Below, piece after piece: positions 36,301 through 48,830 of a stretch of DNA of 64,000 bases (its first letter is position 1; every line of letters begins with the position of its first letter). Source of the DNA: Mobula hypostoma (Eukaryota). The notes beneath the pieces were generated by a model that searched no databases, was not told where the DNA came from, and saw only the letters and a list, made by a program, of their open reading frames with translations. The DNA lies in the NCBI RefSeq assembly GCF_963921235.1, contig NC_086097.1, positions 216,010,001 to 216,074,000 on the forward strand, given 5' to 3'. The position numbers were made by a program, and so were the translations under genes.

Positions 36301-38204
36301 ACATCAAATTGTTCTCGTTTGCATCAGGTACCACATGATAGGCAATTTGTATTATGACATTATTGGAAAGAAAAATAAGGTTCCAAAATGGAGAAAAGTT
36401 AAAAATTGGCCCAAACAGAATTCAACATAAAAGATAATAAGGTATAGTGCTTGACGTTTTGTACAACAACATGAGTAAAGGCATGGCAGAGAAGCTGCAG
36501 AGCTTGGTAAGTTAGGAATAAAGGCAGACGGCCCAGTGGAAAATGCATTCACTTGACAAGACATGAAAAAGGACCAACAGAATTTAATGCATGGAAATGA
36601 CTAAAGTGGTTTCATTAGATGGGACAGATTGCTACATGTCTGACTGATTTTATCTGTTGGACTATCCTTTGAGGGACTAAGCAATGAGCAGCTTTTAAGT
36701 TCACGGGCCTCAAACCGCCCAAGATTCATGCTAATAAAAAGCCTTTCATGAACACAGACTGAACAATCGAATGAAAGCTTTATTTATTGGAGCTAAATAT
36801 CTTGCTCAGTTTTCAACCATACGGACCATTTCACTCTATCAGCTCTTCACAATGGTTGCAAGGCTGGACAATCTGTCTTGTGTCTGTATTGAGCAAAGCT
36901 CCTACTCACCAGCATCAATTAAAGAACAAAACAAAACACACAAAAAACTGAAACTCATTAAAATAAACTTTTAATAGAAAGACTTCACAATTGCAATTGA
37001 ATTGATCTGCTTTCTTTTCAGCTGGTGAAAAGTGCATAATTGAGCCATACATTCATTTGCTTTTGCCTTGTGCCTTTATGTGAATTTTAACTTTTGGTTC
37101 CTCCCAATAGTCCTTTAAACAATTCAAAAAGAACCTTAAAAGAAACGATGCATTTTTATTGAGCAGAAGGATCAGTCCATTACTCCAACTTAAAATGCAG
37201 CTCTTTGATTTTGCTGGCCACCAGATGTTCATGCTCAAGTCTACTTGCGTGAATTGTGATCACAATAAGCGATTTGTACATACAATAGTGATCAGGTGTC
37301 AATGTATATACCAGTGAATACTCCATCAATTTAAGTTACAATGACAAGTGTGCTGCTTTGCCAGTACTAATACTTCCACAATTATTTGCTACTTCAGGCT
37401 AGCAAGATTTGATAAAAATAGATGGTAATCATCTGTCCAAGAGGTTTTTTTTTAAAATACTGTTATTCTACAATCATGTAAAGCAAATTAAACCAAGTAC
37501 TTCCTTCACAAGATATTATCTCAAAGTCACTTGCACAACCAAAAGTAAATGGGAATTATCCTCAGGGATGTTTTGACAAAATGATTTTATTTAGTTGTTA
37601 ACATATTGTAACAAGAACCCAGTGGTGTCAACTTGTAGAATAATATCTTCAACACCATTTCTCTTTCCCTGAACAAAGACTGTCTGCAAACCCACAGGGA
37701 GCATGCTATTAAACTAAGAGATACACAATTCGAAAGTATTTCTCTTCTGAACATCACCCTGACTGATGGCCAATATCATCTTGAAGATGCATTTCTCGAT
37801 GACATATTGTAAAAGTATTTCATAGTGTTTGTTAGTTGGAATCTTTTATCTGAAAACTCTCCATCGGATGACATTACGTCAAAACCTGAAGCCATACCCT
37901 TTCAGTTAAAATAATAAATAAACTGAGACAAAATGCGTTCAGCAATTCAAAGACTCAAAGAAAAATTTTATGGAAAGCTGCTTCAAAAGCAAGGAGACAA
38001 ACGAACTGTGGAAACTTGTACTTCAACAACAATTAAGCAAGCGTTTGCAATGGTAAACATTATTATCCCAGTGATTTAGAGGACTGTTGTGTTATTTGAA
38101 GCAAAATGGAAGACTAGGATTCCAATTTAATAAAGTATATAGAAGATGCTATGGTCAAAAACCAGGTGGGCCCAAATAATCAATAAGCATGACCATAAGC
38201 ATGA

Positions 38205-38327
38205 AGGGATATGGGGAGAAGGCAGGAAAAGGGTACTGATTGTGGATGATCAGCCATGATCACAGTGAATGGTGGTGCTGGCTCGAAGGGCTGAATGGCC
38301 TACTCCTGCATCTATTGTCTATTGTCT
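38205..38327 (+). mobile_element. CR1 3'UTR fragment
   Basis: GATCAGCCATGATC...GAAGGGCTGAATGGCCTACTCCTGCA with a (CTATTGT)n tail. Confidence 0.85.
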
Positions 38328-39269
38328 ACAAAATGAAGATGAAAGCGCACAACAGTTTCCACAGAACATGTGCCATGAATAACAGCCATCCAAACAGCTA
38401 CATGTTTAGACATGAGTGCCTGACTATTTGACTGAACACAGAACAACACAACAAATGTATTGCTCAACCACATGAAAGCTACCCAAATAATGTGTAATTC
38501 ATGTCATAGAAGCCCCTATCACCAATGGCAATATAATTTTTAAATGTTTCGGCTCTCTAATGTATCCCTAGAATGTGAATATTATTGGCAAAGCATCTAT
38601 TTCCTATCCTATATGTTTTTCAAAATTCAAAAGTTCAAAATGAATGTATTATCAAAATACATATATGTCACCATATACAATTGCCAATAATTGCCAAAGA
38701 AAATTGGAGAGGAACTTGTAGGTAGTCCTGCTTCTACTTACCTGCTGCTTTGTTCTTTAAGAGGGTAGAGGACATGGGTTTGAAGAGCTGTGAAGCCAAA
38801 GCTGAGGCAACAAATGTCTTGAGCTATGGATATGGTGTTAACCAAGCAGACAGCTTTGATCTAAATGGTGTTATATTCAACCAGGTATGTGTAGTGTTGG
38901 CAATGCAGACAATTTGCAACTTGTAGATAGTGGAGGTAAGAAACAAGATTCAGGATACCAACCAATTGATCTCTTTGGTAACCACTTTATTTATTTGGCT
39001 GATCCAGATAAGCTTCTAGACAATGGCAAATTGTATGACATTGATATCTGGAAAATTGATCATGGCTAAGCTATTGAAAGCCACGAGAAGCTGGTTAGAC
39101 TCTCTTTCTGAACATAGTTAAAGTCTGGTGTGAACGTCTCTTGCACTATCAGCCCATGCCTGAACTTTGTCCAGGTGTAGGTACACACATATACAGACTG
39201 CATCATTATCTGGGCCTACTCAACATACCATTCTTCAGTGTATCGAACAGCTCTGCTCCATCTTCCAAA

Positions 39270-39832
39270 GGTGGAATTTCTTGGTGGACAACCATTTTAA
39301 TCCCTATTCCCATTCATGTTCCAACATGTCAGTCCACGGCCTCCTCTTTTGCCCCAATGAGGCCACCCTGAGGGTGGAGGAACAGCACCTCATATTCTGT
39401 CCAGGTAGCCTCTAACCTCATGACATGAACATCGATTTTTCTTTGTGGTAAGTTTTTTCCCTCCTCTTCCCTCTTCTTCTATTCACCATTCTGGACTCCT
39501 CACCTCACCTGCCCTCCACCTCCCCACGGTTCCACCCCTTCTTCCCTTTCTCCCATAGTCCACTCTCTTATCAGATTCCTTCATCTCCAGCCCTTTTACC
39601 TATCCCACCCACCTGGCTTCACCCATCTCCTTCTAGCTGGTCCTCCTTCCCCTCCCCCCACCATTTTATTCTGGCATTTTCCCCTTTCCTTCCAGCCCTG
39701 AAGAACGGTCTCAGCCCAAAACATCAACTGTTTATTCATTTCCACAGATGCTGCCTGACCTGCTGAGCTCCTCCAGCATTTTGTGCTTGTGTTGCTCGAG
39801 ATTTCCAGCATCTGCAGAATCTCCTGTGTTTA
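39270..39832 (+). mobile_element. Penelope-like family B 3' part (GIY-YIG C-terminus, pLTR and tail)
   Basis: VDNHFNPYSHSCSNMSVHGLLFCPNEATLRVEEQHLIFCPGSL, then pLTR, decayed hammerhead at about 39694-39730, and tail GATTTCCAGCATCTGCAGAATCTCCTGTGTTT. Confidence 0.88.
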
Positions 39833-42444
39833 TGTATTCTTCAGTGAACAACACTACTTAGTAATGCAGGCGCAATCAGTGGTAAAGCAGCAGACGATGA
39901 ATGGCCCAACAGCACTACCCTGAAGAACATCCATGCCATTTCTTGCTACCAACATATCCACACTCTGAGACAGGTCTACCAGTGAAACAGGTCTGCTCTA
40001 ACTGATCTACAAGCTTGGAAGCCTAATGGCATATCGCCCTTTATTTTAAAACTGTAAAGATGTCTTACTGGAATCATATAGGACAACTGTAAGATCACAC
40101 CTGGAATATCGCATTCAGTCTGCTCTCCCTAACCAAGAAGAATAGATCTGCAATAGAGTATACTAAAACTTTACCAAACCGAATTTTAGGTTTCTGTGAC
40201 TTGTCCTCTGAGGATAGACTACGAGTTTATGCCGGTATTCTCTTCTGTTTAAAGAATAAGAGATGTTATCATCGATGTACTCTAACAAGGGTTGACACAG
40301 CCGATGCAGAGCTAACATTTCTCCACCGGAGATGTCTAAAGCTATTGGTCAGCCATGTTGTACCTGTCACTTTAAAATAATGAAGCATTCATCATTTTTC
40401 AATCTTTTGCGTTTCCTGTAACTCTTCAGAAAGTTCGATACATTACAATTTCCAAAACTGCAACCATATTCCTCTAACTTGGTGCCAGCCAATAAAAACT
40501 TTCTCCCCAGATTCCCTTTGGTATCAGTTTCAATTGGGGTCCTCAATACCCCATTTGTTGAATTGCTGCCATGACGGAATCTGGGCCCGGAGTGAGTCAG
40601 TGGGCGGTGTGGTCTAGGCCCCGAGTCCTTTGCAGTAGCCAGGTCCCGGTACGAGATACAATTCACTGTTTAGACAATTTAAATACTGGCCCAGATCGGA
40701 GGTGAGAACCAATTTCGCTCGCACTCCGCGATCTTCATTCCTCTTTCCAATTTTGGTTCAGAATGCTGTTGTTCGCTTTAATTGTATGATTTTTATTTTT
40801 TTCTTTCTCTTGCACATCGATGGTTAGTATTTTTTTCTTTAATTGGGTTCTTTTTGGTTTCTTGCTTTGTGGCTACCCATAAGCAAGCAAATCTCAAAGC
40901 TGTATAATTTATCCACTCTTTGAAAATAAATGAATCTTGAATGTTGAAGCTGAGGACAATCAGTCTTACCTCACATCTGTTCTTCAGCCCATACCTTGAC
41001 TAAGGCTCCAATATTTGGAGCCAAGAGATCCTGGGAAATTTAAAAGTGAGCATTATTCAGCAAATTGCTGGGAAATAAAAGCTAATTGAGACATTGTTGA
41101 CAATTGCTCTTGGGCAATGATCAAATGTAAATAATGGGGCCTGTGATTGGCCTAGCCTGAACCTCCCTTTGTTGTCTTAATGCGAGAAAAGCTCAGCAAG
41201 CCCAAGGTCTGAGGCTGGCTCAGTCTATGGCCATATCTAACTCTTGCTGGATTTATCATTCTGCAATCCTTCCAATATCTTTATATGCCTCCAAAATCAG
41301 ATTTTTGAAATTAGACACAGCTGCACTGCCTGTTATCATAAGCAGTCTCTAAGTCAATGTGATTTGGTCTATTCAGTATTACTTCCACTGTTTCTTGTAG
41401 CAAGATGCAGGATACCAAAAACAAAAGGTCTGCCAAGACATTTTATAAAGTAATAAATAGGCATAATCAAAGATAGGCGGCATTGGTATTGATGAAATAT
41501 TTTCTTGCCTAAAGGAATATTAACTCAGATTTTTATGTAAAATAGTAATACAGTACATTCACCAACCTGACCAACACCACCTTTCATTAACGTCAGATTT
41601 AGTTAGTTTGCCCGCTACTCATTAAATACCATAACCACCATGCTACAATAGCTACAATTCCTTCAGCATACAAGTCAACCTTCCATCAACACAGGAAAAT
41701 CAGACAAGGTGTAAAATGAGTGGCCATAAACATCTTGCCTAGTGGGAGCAATTAAAAATTAACACCACAGAATGAAAGCTGCAAGACATTGCTGATCACC
41801 AGCTTGCTTAAGCAGCAGTTTTCACTGTCCTCAGTACTCTGGGTGAGTTCCATTCTTCCTTATAACTTGTCTGAAAACCCATTAGAGAAAGAAACTACTT
41901 ATATTGTTGATGTAATTAAACTTTGTTTAATTGCTTTTAAAATTTTTACATCTGACTGCTTCTGCCTGTTTTGCACCATGCAGCATGCGTGAAACTGGCT
42001 TTAATTGCATTCTTAATAAATAGGCCTCCTCCTGTCAACTTACAACTGTTAAATGACTTTACTTTACAGCATGCCAATTATTTTACACTGAAGAAATGCT
42101 TATTATAAAGTTGCAGATGACAGTGCTATGTACTCAAATAGGTTCTTGCAAACACTTTTAAATACTGAATTTTGTCCAGGGATAAAAAGAGATACTTCTG
42201 AGTGATTACAAGTAGATCAAGAAACTCATCTTGCTAGCAGCTGAGAAAGATAGGAAACTAACTATTCTATTTACTCAGGAACTCTCATGGTAGACTTCTA
42301 GCAGTAAGCAAGTTCTAACCCCTTCACCCCATACTTACTTTGCACTGTTTTCCTTGGTAAGCAGCAATTTTAGATGCATGATAATCATCCAACAAGGATT
42401 TCAATTATCAAGAAAGGAGATGAAGGATGTGGACCCCATATAAA

Positions 42445-42921
42445 GGGTGCAGAGGAGATTTACAAGGATGTTACCTGGATTGGGGAGCATGCCTTAGGAG
42501 AATAGGTTGAATGAACTCGGCCTTTTCTCCTTGGAACGACGGAGGATGAGAGGTGACCTGATAGAGGTGTATAAGATGATGAGAGGCATTGATCATGTGG
42601 ATAGTCAGAGGCTTTTTCCCCAGGGCTAAAATGGATGCCACAAGAGGACAAAGGTTTAAGGTGCTAGAAAATAGGTACAGAGGAGATGTCAGGGGTAAGT
42701 TTTTTACTTAGAGAGTGGTGAGTGCGTGGAATGGGCTGCTGGCAACGGTGGTGGAGGCGGATATGATAGGGTCTTTTAAGAGACTTTTAGATAGGTACAT
42801 GGAGCTTAGTAAAATAGAGGGCTATGGGTAACCCTAGTAATTTCTAAGGTAGGGACATGTTCAGCACAACTTTGTGGGCCGAAGGGCCTGTATTGTGCTG
42901 TAGGTTTTCTATGTTTCTATG
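42445..42921 (+). mobile_element. CR1 3' end
   Basis: RVQRRFTRMLPGL...RRMRGDLIEVYKMMRG...WNGL, with a (TTCTATGT)n tail. Confidence 0.92.
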
Positions 42922-43699
42922 AGATAGCATCAAGGATTCGACAAAAGGAAAAGGCTGAGAGAAAGATGTATAGTTGTTAAGTGGTGGGCCAAAATATGGA
43001 AAAGGTTCATTCTCTACTAGCTTGGGGGTGATCAGCCATGATCATATGAAGTGATAGGACAGGCTTGAAGAGCCCAGTAGCCTAATCTGCTTCTATTTTC
43101 TTTTATGATTTTTTCAAATAGGACATCTGATTGTTTGTGATGGAAATAATAATAAAATATTAGTAAGCACAAAAGAGTACAAAATTTAATCACCATTTTT
43201 TTGTTTCAGTCTTACAGATTTGATCTTCCAAACTAAAAATGTTCACGGTGATGAAGCAGCTTGGCGTCGAGGAGAGACCCACCAAAATTTTTGTGGAAAA
43301 TTGGACATATTTATAGCCAAATTTTAATTACCAAGTCACAATAATAACTTCAGGTTGTATTTTTTCAATTCTTAGCTACTATGAAATTCATTGATCAGCT
43401 CAATGAAGTTTCTCTCATTGATCAACTAACAAGTCTTCCATTTTTGTAAGGTTAAGGAGATTTCACCCAATTCCCCCAAATTCCAGATTTACCTCATCAC
43501 AAAATTCAGAAATGCCCATTGCAAAAGTAAATGTGCTCCTGGTATGATAGTTCCTTCACTGTGAGCATATTTAATAAAACTGTTTTTGAAAGGGAAGAAA
43601 TAATAACCCCAGTGTTGTTTATTTATTCTCAGTATAAACAGACCCAAATAAACCATGACCTAGGTCCGTACTGAGAGATTGGCCTCACTTTCTGCAAAT

Positions 43700-44290
43700 G
43701 CTGGACCAATCATTTCCAGGTCTCACCAACAAGCACCAAAGACCTCACTTAGCTGACAGTGAGAGAGGCCCTTCCTCCCAGTCATATTATTCCTACACAA
43801 TCGGAATATCCTAATACATGCTGCTTCTGGGATAACTGCACTGGGAACAAGATGGGCATCAATTCTTTGCAGGCTGCAGGACGGAAAACACTCAGATCTA
43901 CAAGCTGTTCCCAGGGACATACAGAGACAGATATCAACTGCTGCTGGAAGAATGTCAGCTCAGTGAAAGATGCTGTTTGGTTGTTTATATCCCAGCACAG
44001 TGAGGTGTCTGTGGGGGAATGATGCTGACTAGCTCATTCCAAGCTGCAGGAGTACCTGTTGAGGGATGTCCCTTCTGCTACTGGACATGAAGGGGCTGGG
44101 TCAGGCATGGAAGCCCATTAAACACCGAAATATCGGAATGGTATATCGCCAAAGGCGGCCACATGAATGGAAACAGTGCTATGGTTTTTTAAAAAATAAA
44201 TTAAGCATATTAAATGCATTGACCATGAATGCAAGGGTTTTCCAGTATTTATTCTTTGTATATTGTGAATAAAGTTACTTTTGAAAAAAA
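43700..44290 (+). mobile_element. Tx1/L1-clade LINE 3' end, degraded
   Basis: LTNKHQ..., HTETDINCCWK..SSVKDA.W..., AHSKLQEYLLRD remnants, then AATAAA and an A-rich tail at about 44267-44291. Confidence 0.7.
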
Positions 44291-44709
44291 ACTCCCCAAT
44301 GGTAGTGTTTCGCACTCCTACACAACCTCTAGCTACTGTAGCAAGTCAGATGAGATGGGGCTGAGTGTAGATAAGGAGTCTCAGGACCCAATATAGTTAG
44401 GGTCCTGCTTACTTTGCGCATAATTCCTCTTCATCTTGGTCCCTCAGCAAAACCGTACACTGTACTTACTTTTGGGCTACTCTTCATTAATAAGATACGA
44501 GTGTACTCTGATACAGCACAAACCAAGTAGCTCAAGCATACATGTGTTTCTTGCGTAACAATGTGTGCTTTTCTTTCTTGCTATTTTGAATGTATTTTAT
44601 GCATCTTAGCCCCAGAGAAACGCTGTTTCATTCAACTGTGTCCATATATGGTTTGAATGATAATTAAACTTGATTTCATTTGATTTGATTTGATAAATCC
44701 ACCAAGGAC

Positions 44710-45575
44710 AAGTAACTCTCACTTAATATCAGCGAAACCAAACAACTGATTATAGACTTCAGGAGAGTCAAACCAGAGGTCCATGAGCCAGGCCTCTTTG
44801 GAGAGTCAGCGATGAAGAGGGTCAACAATTTTAAATTCCTAGGTATTACTATTTCAGAGAACCTGTTCTGGGCTCAGCACCTAAGTGCAATTACAAAGAA
44901 AGCACGGCAGTGCCTCCATTTCCTTGGAATTTGCGGAGATTCAGCACGACATCTAAAACTTTGACAAACTTCTATAGATGGTAGTGGAGAGTATATTGAC
45001 TGGCTGCATCACAGTATGGTATGGAAACACTAATGCCCTTGAACAGAAATTCCTATTAAAAGTAGTGGATTCAGCCCAGACTATTATGGATAGAGACCTC
45101 CCAACTACTGAGCACATCTACATGAAACAGTGTCATAGGAAGGCTGCATACATCATTAGGGATTTCCATCACCAGGTCATGTTTCCTTCTGGCTGCTGCC
45201 ATCAGGAGGAAGGTACAAGAGCCTTGGGACTTGCACCACCAGGTTCAAGGAAAGTTAGTACCCCTCAACCATCAGGTTCCTGAACAAATGGGGATAACTT
45301 TACTCGCTCCATCATTGAAATATTCACACAACCACCGGACTAACTTTCAAAGACTCTTCATCTCCTATTCTCATTACTTATTGCTATTCATTTATAATTG
45401 CATTTGCACAGTTGTCTTCTGCACTCTGGTTGAAAGCCCTAGGTGGGCTGTCTTTCATTGATTCTGTTTATAGTTACTACCTTAAAGATTTGTTGAGTAT
45501 GCCCGCAAGGAAATGAATCTCAGGGTTGTACATGGTGACATATATGCACTTTGATAATAAAATTTACTTTGAACT
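44710..45575 (+). mobile_element. Rex1/Babar LINE 3' portion
   Basis: ETKQLIIDFR...FKFLG...VVESILTGCITVWYGN...RKAAYII. Tail ACTTTGATAATAAAATTTACTTTGAAC. Confidence 0.9.
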
Positions 45576-45639
45576 TAAAAGTTTCCCCTAGGAACTGAAC
45601 CCAACTGAGCTATGTTGGTATCGATGCACATTTTGTTTT

Positions 45640-46352
45640 TATTGAATTGAATTGAATTGACTTTATTTCTTACATCCTTCACATACATGAGGAGTAAAAA
45701 TCTTTACGTTATGTCTCCATCTAAATGTGCAATCACAGTAAACTTCCTCAACTGTCTGAAGTGGAAGAGGTGTTGTTGTGCCTTTTTCACCACACAGCTG
45801 GTGTGTACAGACCATGTGAAGCCCTCGGTGATCTGGATGCCGAGGAACTTGAAGATGTTTACCCTCTCAACCCCAGATCCATTGATGTCACTAGGGGCTA
45901 GCCCATCTCCGTTCCTCCTGTAATCTACAACCAGCTCCTTTGTTTTTGCGACATTGAGGGAGAGGTTATTTTCTTGACACCACTGTGTCAAAGAGATGAC
46001 TTCTTCCCTGTAGGCCACGTAGTTATTGTTTGAGATAAGGCCAATCAATGTAGTGTTATCAGCAAATTTAATTAGCAGATTGGAGCTGTGGGTGGTGATA
46101 CAGTCATGGGTATACAGGGAGTGAAGGAGGGGACTGCGTACACAGCCCTGGGGGGCTCCTGTATTGAGAGTCAGAGGGGTGGAGGTGAGGGACCCCACTC
46201 TTACAACCTGCTTGTGATCTGACAGGAAGCCCAGGATCCAGCTGCACAAGGCAGGGTCAAGGCCGAGGTCTCTGAGCTTCTCGTCAAGCCCGGATGGAAC
46301 TACGGTGTCGAATACTGATCTGTAGTCCAAGACAGCATTCTCACATAAGCAT
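45640..46352 (-). mobile_element. Rex1/Babar RT fragment with internal deletion, same family as 59870-62000
   Basis: LDYRSVFDT...GAPQGCVRSPLL...KFADNTTLIG...KTKELVVDYRR. The RT is joined at about 45735 directly to the (ATTCA)n 3' tail. Confidence 0.92.
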
Positions 46353-46621
46353 CCTTTAATAAAACATGGTTGAGAGAAAGAGATATTGTAAAAAGCAGGA
46401 CAATCTGTACAGGGAAGCAAAGAAAAGCAAGGAGCAGCAGCAGGAAAGAAAACACTCAGCAGGAAGGACATTTCCACCAACAGTCTTCAGACAGCAAACC
46501 TCAAATTTTAATGCAAAAAGCAAATTTGCTTCACAACAGAAGCAGATGGTAAAATCTGCTGGCTGTCGCAGCCACGAGATGACCATTGTTTTTTTTTGTT
46601 TAATAAACATGACTCCTTCCA

Positions 46622-46852
46622 TGATGCACTATCAATTACTCCAAAAGACTGGAAGTAGAGTAAATACTGAAAGGCTTTTATTAACAGACAATGGACCAAC
46701 GTCCATGCTGAGTATCTGCCCTGGACTGAGGGAGGAGCAATGGCACAATCGCCTTTATTCAGGGGTCTGTGGGAGGAGCCACAGGAGCAGTCAGCAGAGG
46801 GGTGTGTCCAGACAGGTAACCCAGTTACAACCTACATACATGGTTTACCACA
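46622..46852 (-). repeat. 3' LTR (231 bp)
   Basis: Direct repeat of 49860-50081. Minus strand TGTGGTAAACC...GTGCATCA. Confidence 0.95.
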
Positions 46853-46868
46853 TTCACCCCTCCTTTTT
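46853..46868 (-). promoter_or_regulatory. Polypurine tract
   Basis: Minus strand AAAAAGGAGGGGTGAA immediately before the 3' LTR. Confidence 0.85.
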
Positions 46869-46921
46869 AAAAAAAGAGTCCCGCGGGGTGAAGTGACTGA
46901 CAATATTTACAATAAGTATAT

Positions 46922-48830
46922 TTACAGGTTAAGTCTATCAGACGGTCGAGTCCGTCGCTGTGACCTACGTAGCACCGGCGGTGATTGCACCGGCGATGGT
47001 GGTTGTGCTGGCTCCGGCCTGACTTCAGGTGCCAGCACGTTAGGCGTCGGTAATCCCTCATGCGTGTGCGTCGCGCCTGGTATAGGAGTGTCGTGTGGTG
47101 TCTGTATAGGGTTTGGGGTGCACGGTGTCTCGTAGGTACATGCATTGGTGGGTACAGGGTCAATAGTCACCACGGAGGGGGAATGTGGTGGACTTGACCA
47201 GGGGGCAGGCCTTGTCTGCGTAGTTAGAGACCCATTGAGCATAATATGAAAAGAAGCCCAGGCACCTTTTGAGGGCTCTGAGGGTATTGGGAAGAGGGAG
47301 TTCCAACAGGGGCGCATACAGTCGGGGTCAGGGCCAATGACTCCGTTCGCCACAACACACCCAAGGATAGCAAGTTGGGTGGTTCCGAACACACACTTAT
47401 CCTTGTTATAGGCGAGATTGAAAGCTTTGGCCGCTTGGAAAAATTTTCGGAGGTTGTTGTCGTGATCCTGCCGGTCGTGACCGCAGTTGGTGATGTTATC
47501 CAGATACTTGATTCCTAGCTGGCCATTGCTTTGCTTTGCTTTTTAGATTAGTTGCACAGTGGGTTTTTTTGGGGGTTTTATTTTTGGGTTTTTTTCTTCC
47601 TTTCCTTATTGATATGTATGAAAATTAGTATACTATTATATTACCTTGTTATTTTATATCTAAACTGCACTGTTCGTACTAATTTTTTTTGTGTATTAAT
47701 ATTTCTTGTAATGTTATATTGCAACAGTGTATTAGTGCCTATATGGTTTACCTTTTGTGTACTAATTCAATAAAAAGATTTAAAAAGAAAAGAAAAAAAG
47801 CTTTGGCCGCTTGGAAAAATTTTTGGAGGTGGTTGTTGTGATCCTGCTGGTCGTGACCGCAGATGGTGATGTTATCCAGATATGGGAATGTGACCTTCAG
47901 TTGGCACTGGTCCACCATCCGGTCCATTGCCCTCTGGAAGACAGATACACCATTCGTGACACCAAAGGGGACGCACAGGAATTGATAAAGCCTGCCGTCC
48001 GCCTCGAAGGCGGTGTAAGGGCAATCCTCCCGGCGGATGGGGAGCTGATGGTAAGCGGATTTTAGGTCTATGGTCGAGTACACCTTGTACTGTGCTATCT
48101 GATTGACCATATCCGCGATGCGGGGTAGAGGGTACGCGTCGAGCTGCATTAACCTATTGATGGTCTGGATATAGTCCACGACCATCCTATTCTTCTCCCC
48201 GTTCTGAACAACCATCTGGGCCCTCCAAGGACTTGTGCTTGCCTCAATGACCCCCTCCCTGAGCAGCCGCTGCACCTCCGACTTAATGAAAGCTCTGTTC
48301 CCCGCGCTGTACCTCCTGCTTTTAGTTGCCACAGCTTTACAGTCGGGGGTCAGGTTGGCGAACAGCGGTCGGGGAGGGATCTTGAGGGTGGAGAGGCCAC
48401 AAGTGGTGTCCATAGTGCGACTGTTGGCATGGTGTTGGGTGGGATGTGCGGGTTGGTGATTTCTGACAGTGATTGGTGGGAGGGGCCCATCATACTCCAT
48501 TATCACGCTTTTCAGGTGGCTCTGGAAGTCGAGCCCCAATAGCACAGGGGCACACAGTTGAGGCATGACCAGTAACGTAAAGTCTCAATATTCTGTGCCC
48601 TGCATGCACCACTAGCATCACTACACAACCCCGTACCCCCGCCCCCCAGATGTCTGTTGTATGCGACCCAGAAGCCATGGCGACCCTCTAGCTTACCGGC
48701 CATTTCGCGAGTCCGCAGTGCTGCACCGTGTCTGGGTCGATAAAACTCTCCGTGCTGCCCATGTCAAACAGGCAGCTTGTCCTGTGCCCCTCCACCAGGA
48801 TGTCCATCATTGACCTTGCGAGCTGGTGGG
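46922..48830 (-). pseudogene. Gypsy pol remnant: protease, RT and extreme C-terminal tail
   Basis: PR LFDMGSTESFI and LLGLDF; RT EASTSPWRA, RMVVDY, DAYPLPRI, DLKSAYHQ, PFGVTNG, YLDNITI; C-terminus LRRSQRRTRPSDRLNL. Frameshifted and interrupted by an L1 tail. Confidence 0.92.
47508..47796 (+). mobile_element. L1-like LINE 3'UTR with A-rich tail inserted in the Gypsy RT
   Basis: T-rich 3'UTR ending CAATAAAAAGATTTAAAAAGAAAAGAAAA, flanked by an 86-bp duplication. Confidence 0.75.

Noticed and set aside
46366..46896. 176-aa plus-strand ORF
   Set aside because: It runs from low-complexity flank through the antisense 3' LTR, has no recognisable domain, and is probably a chance frame.
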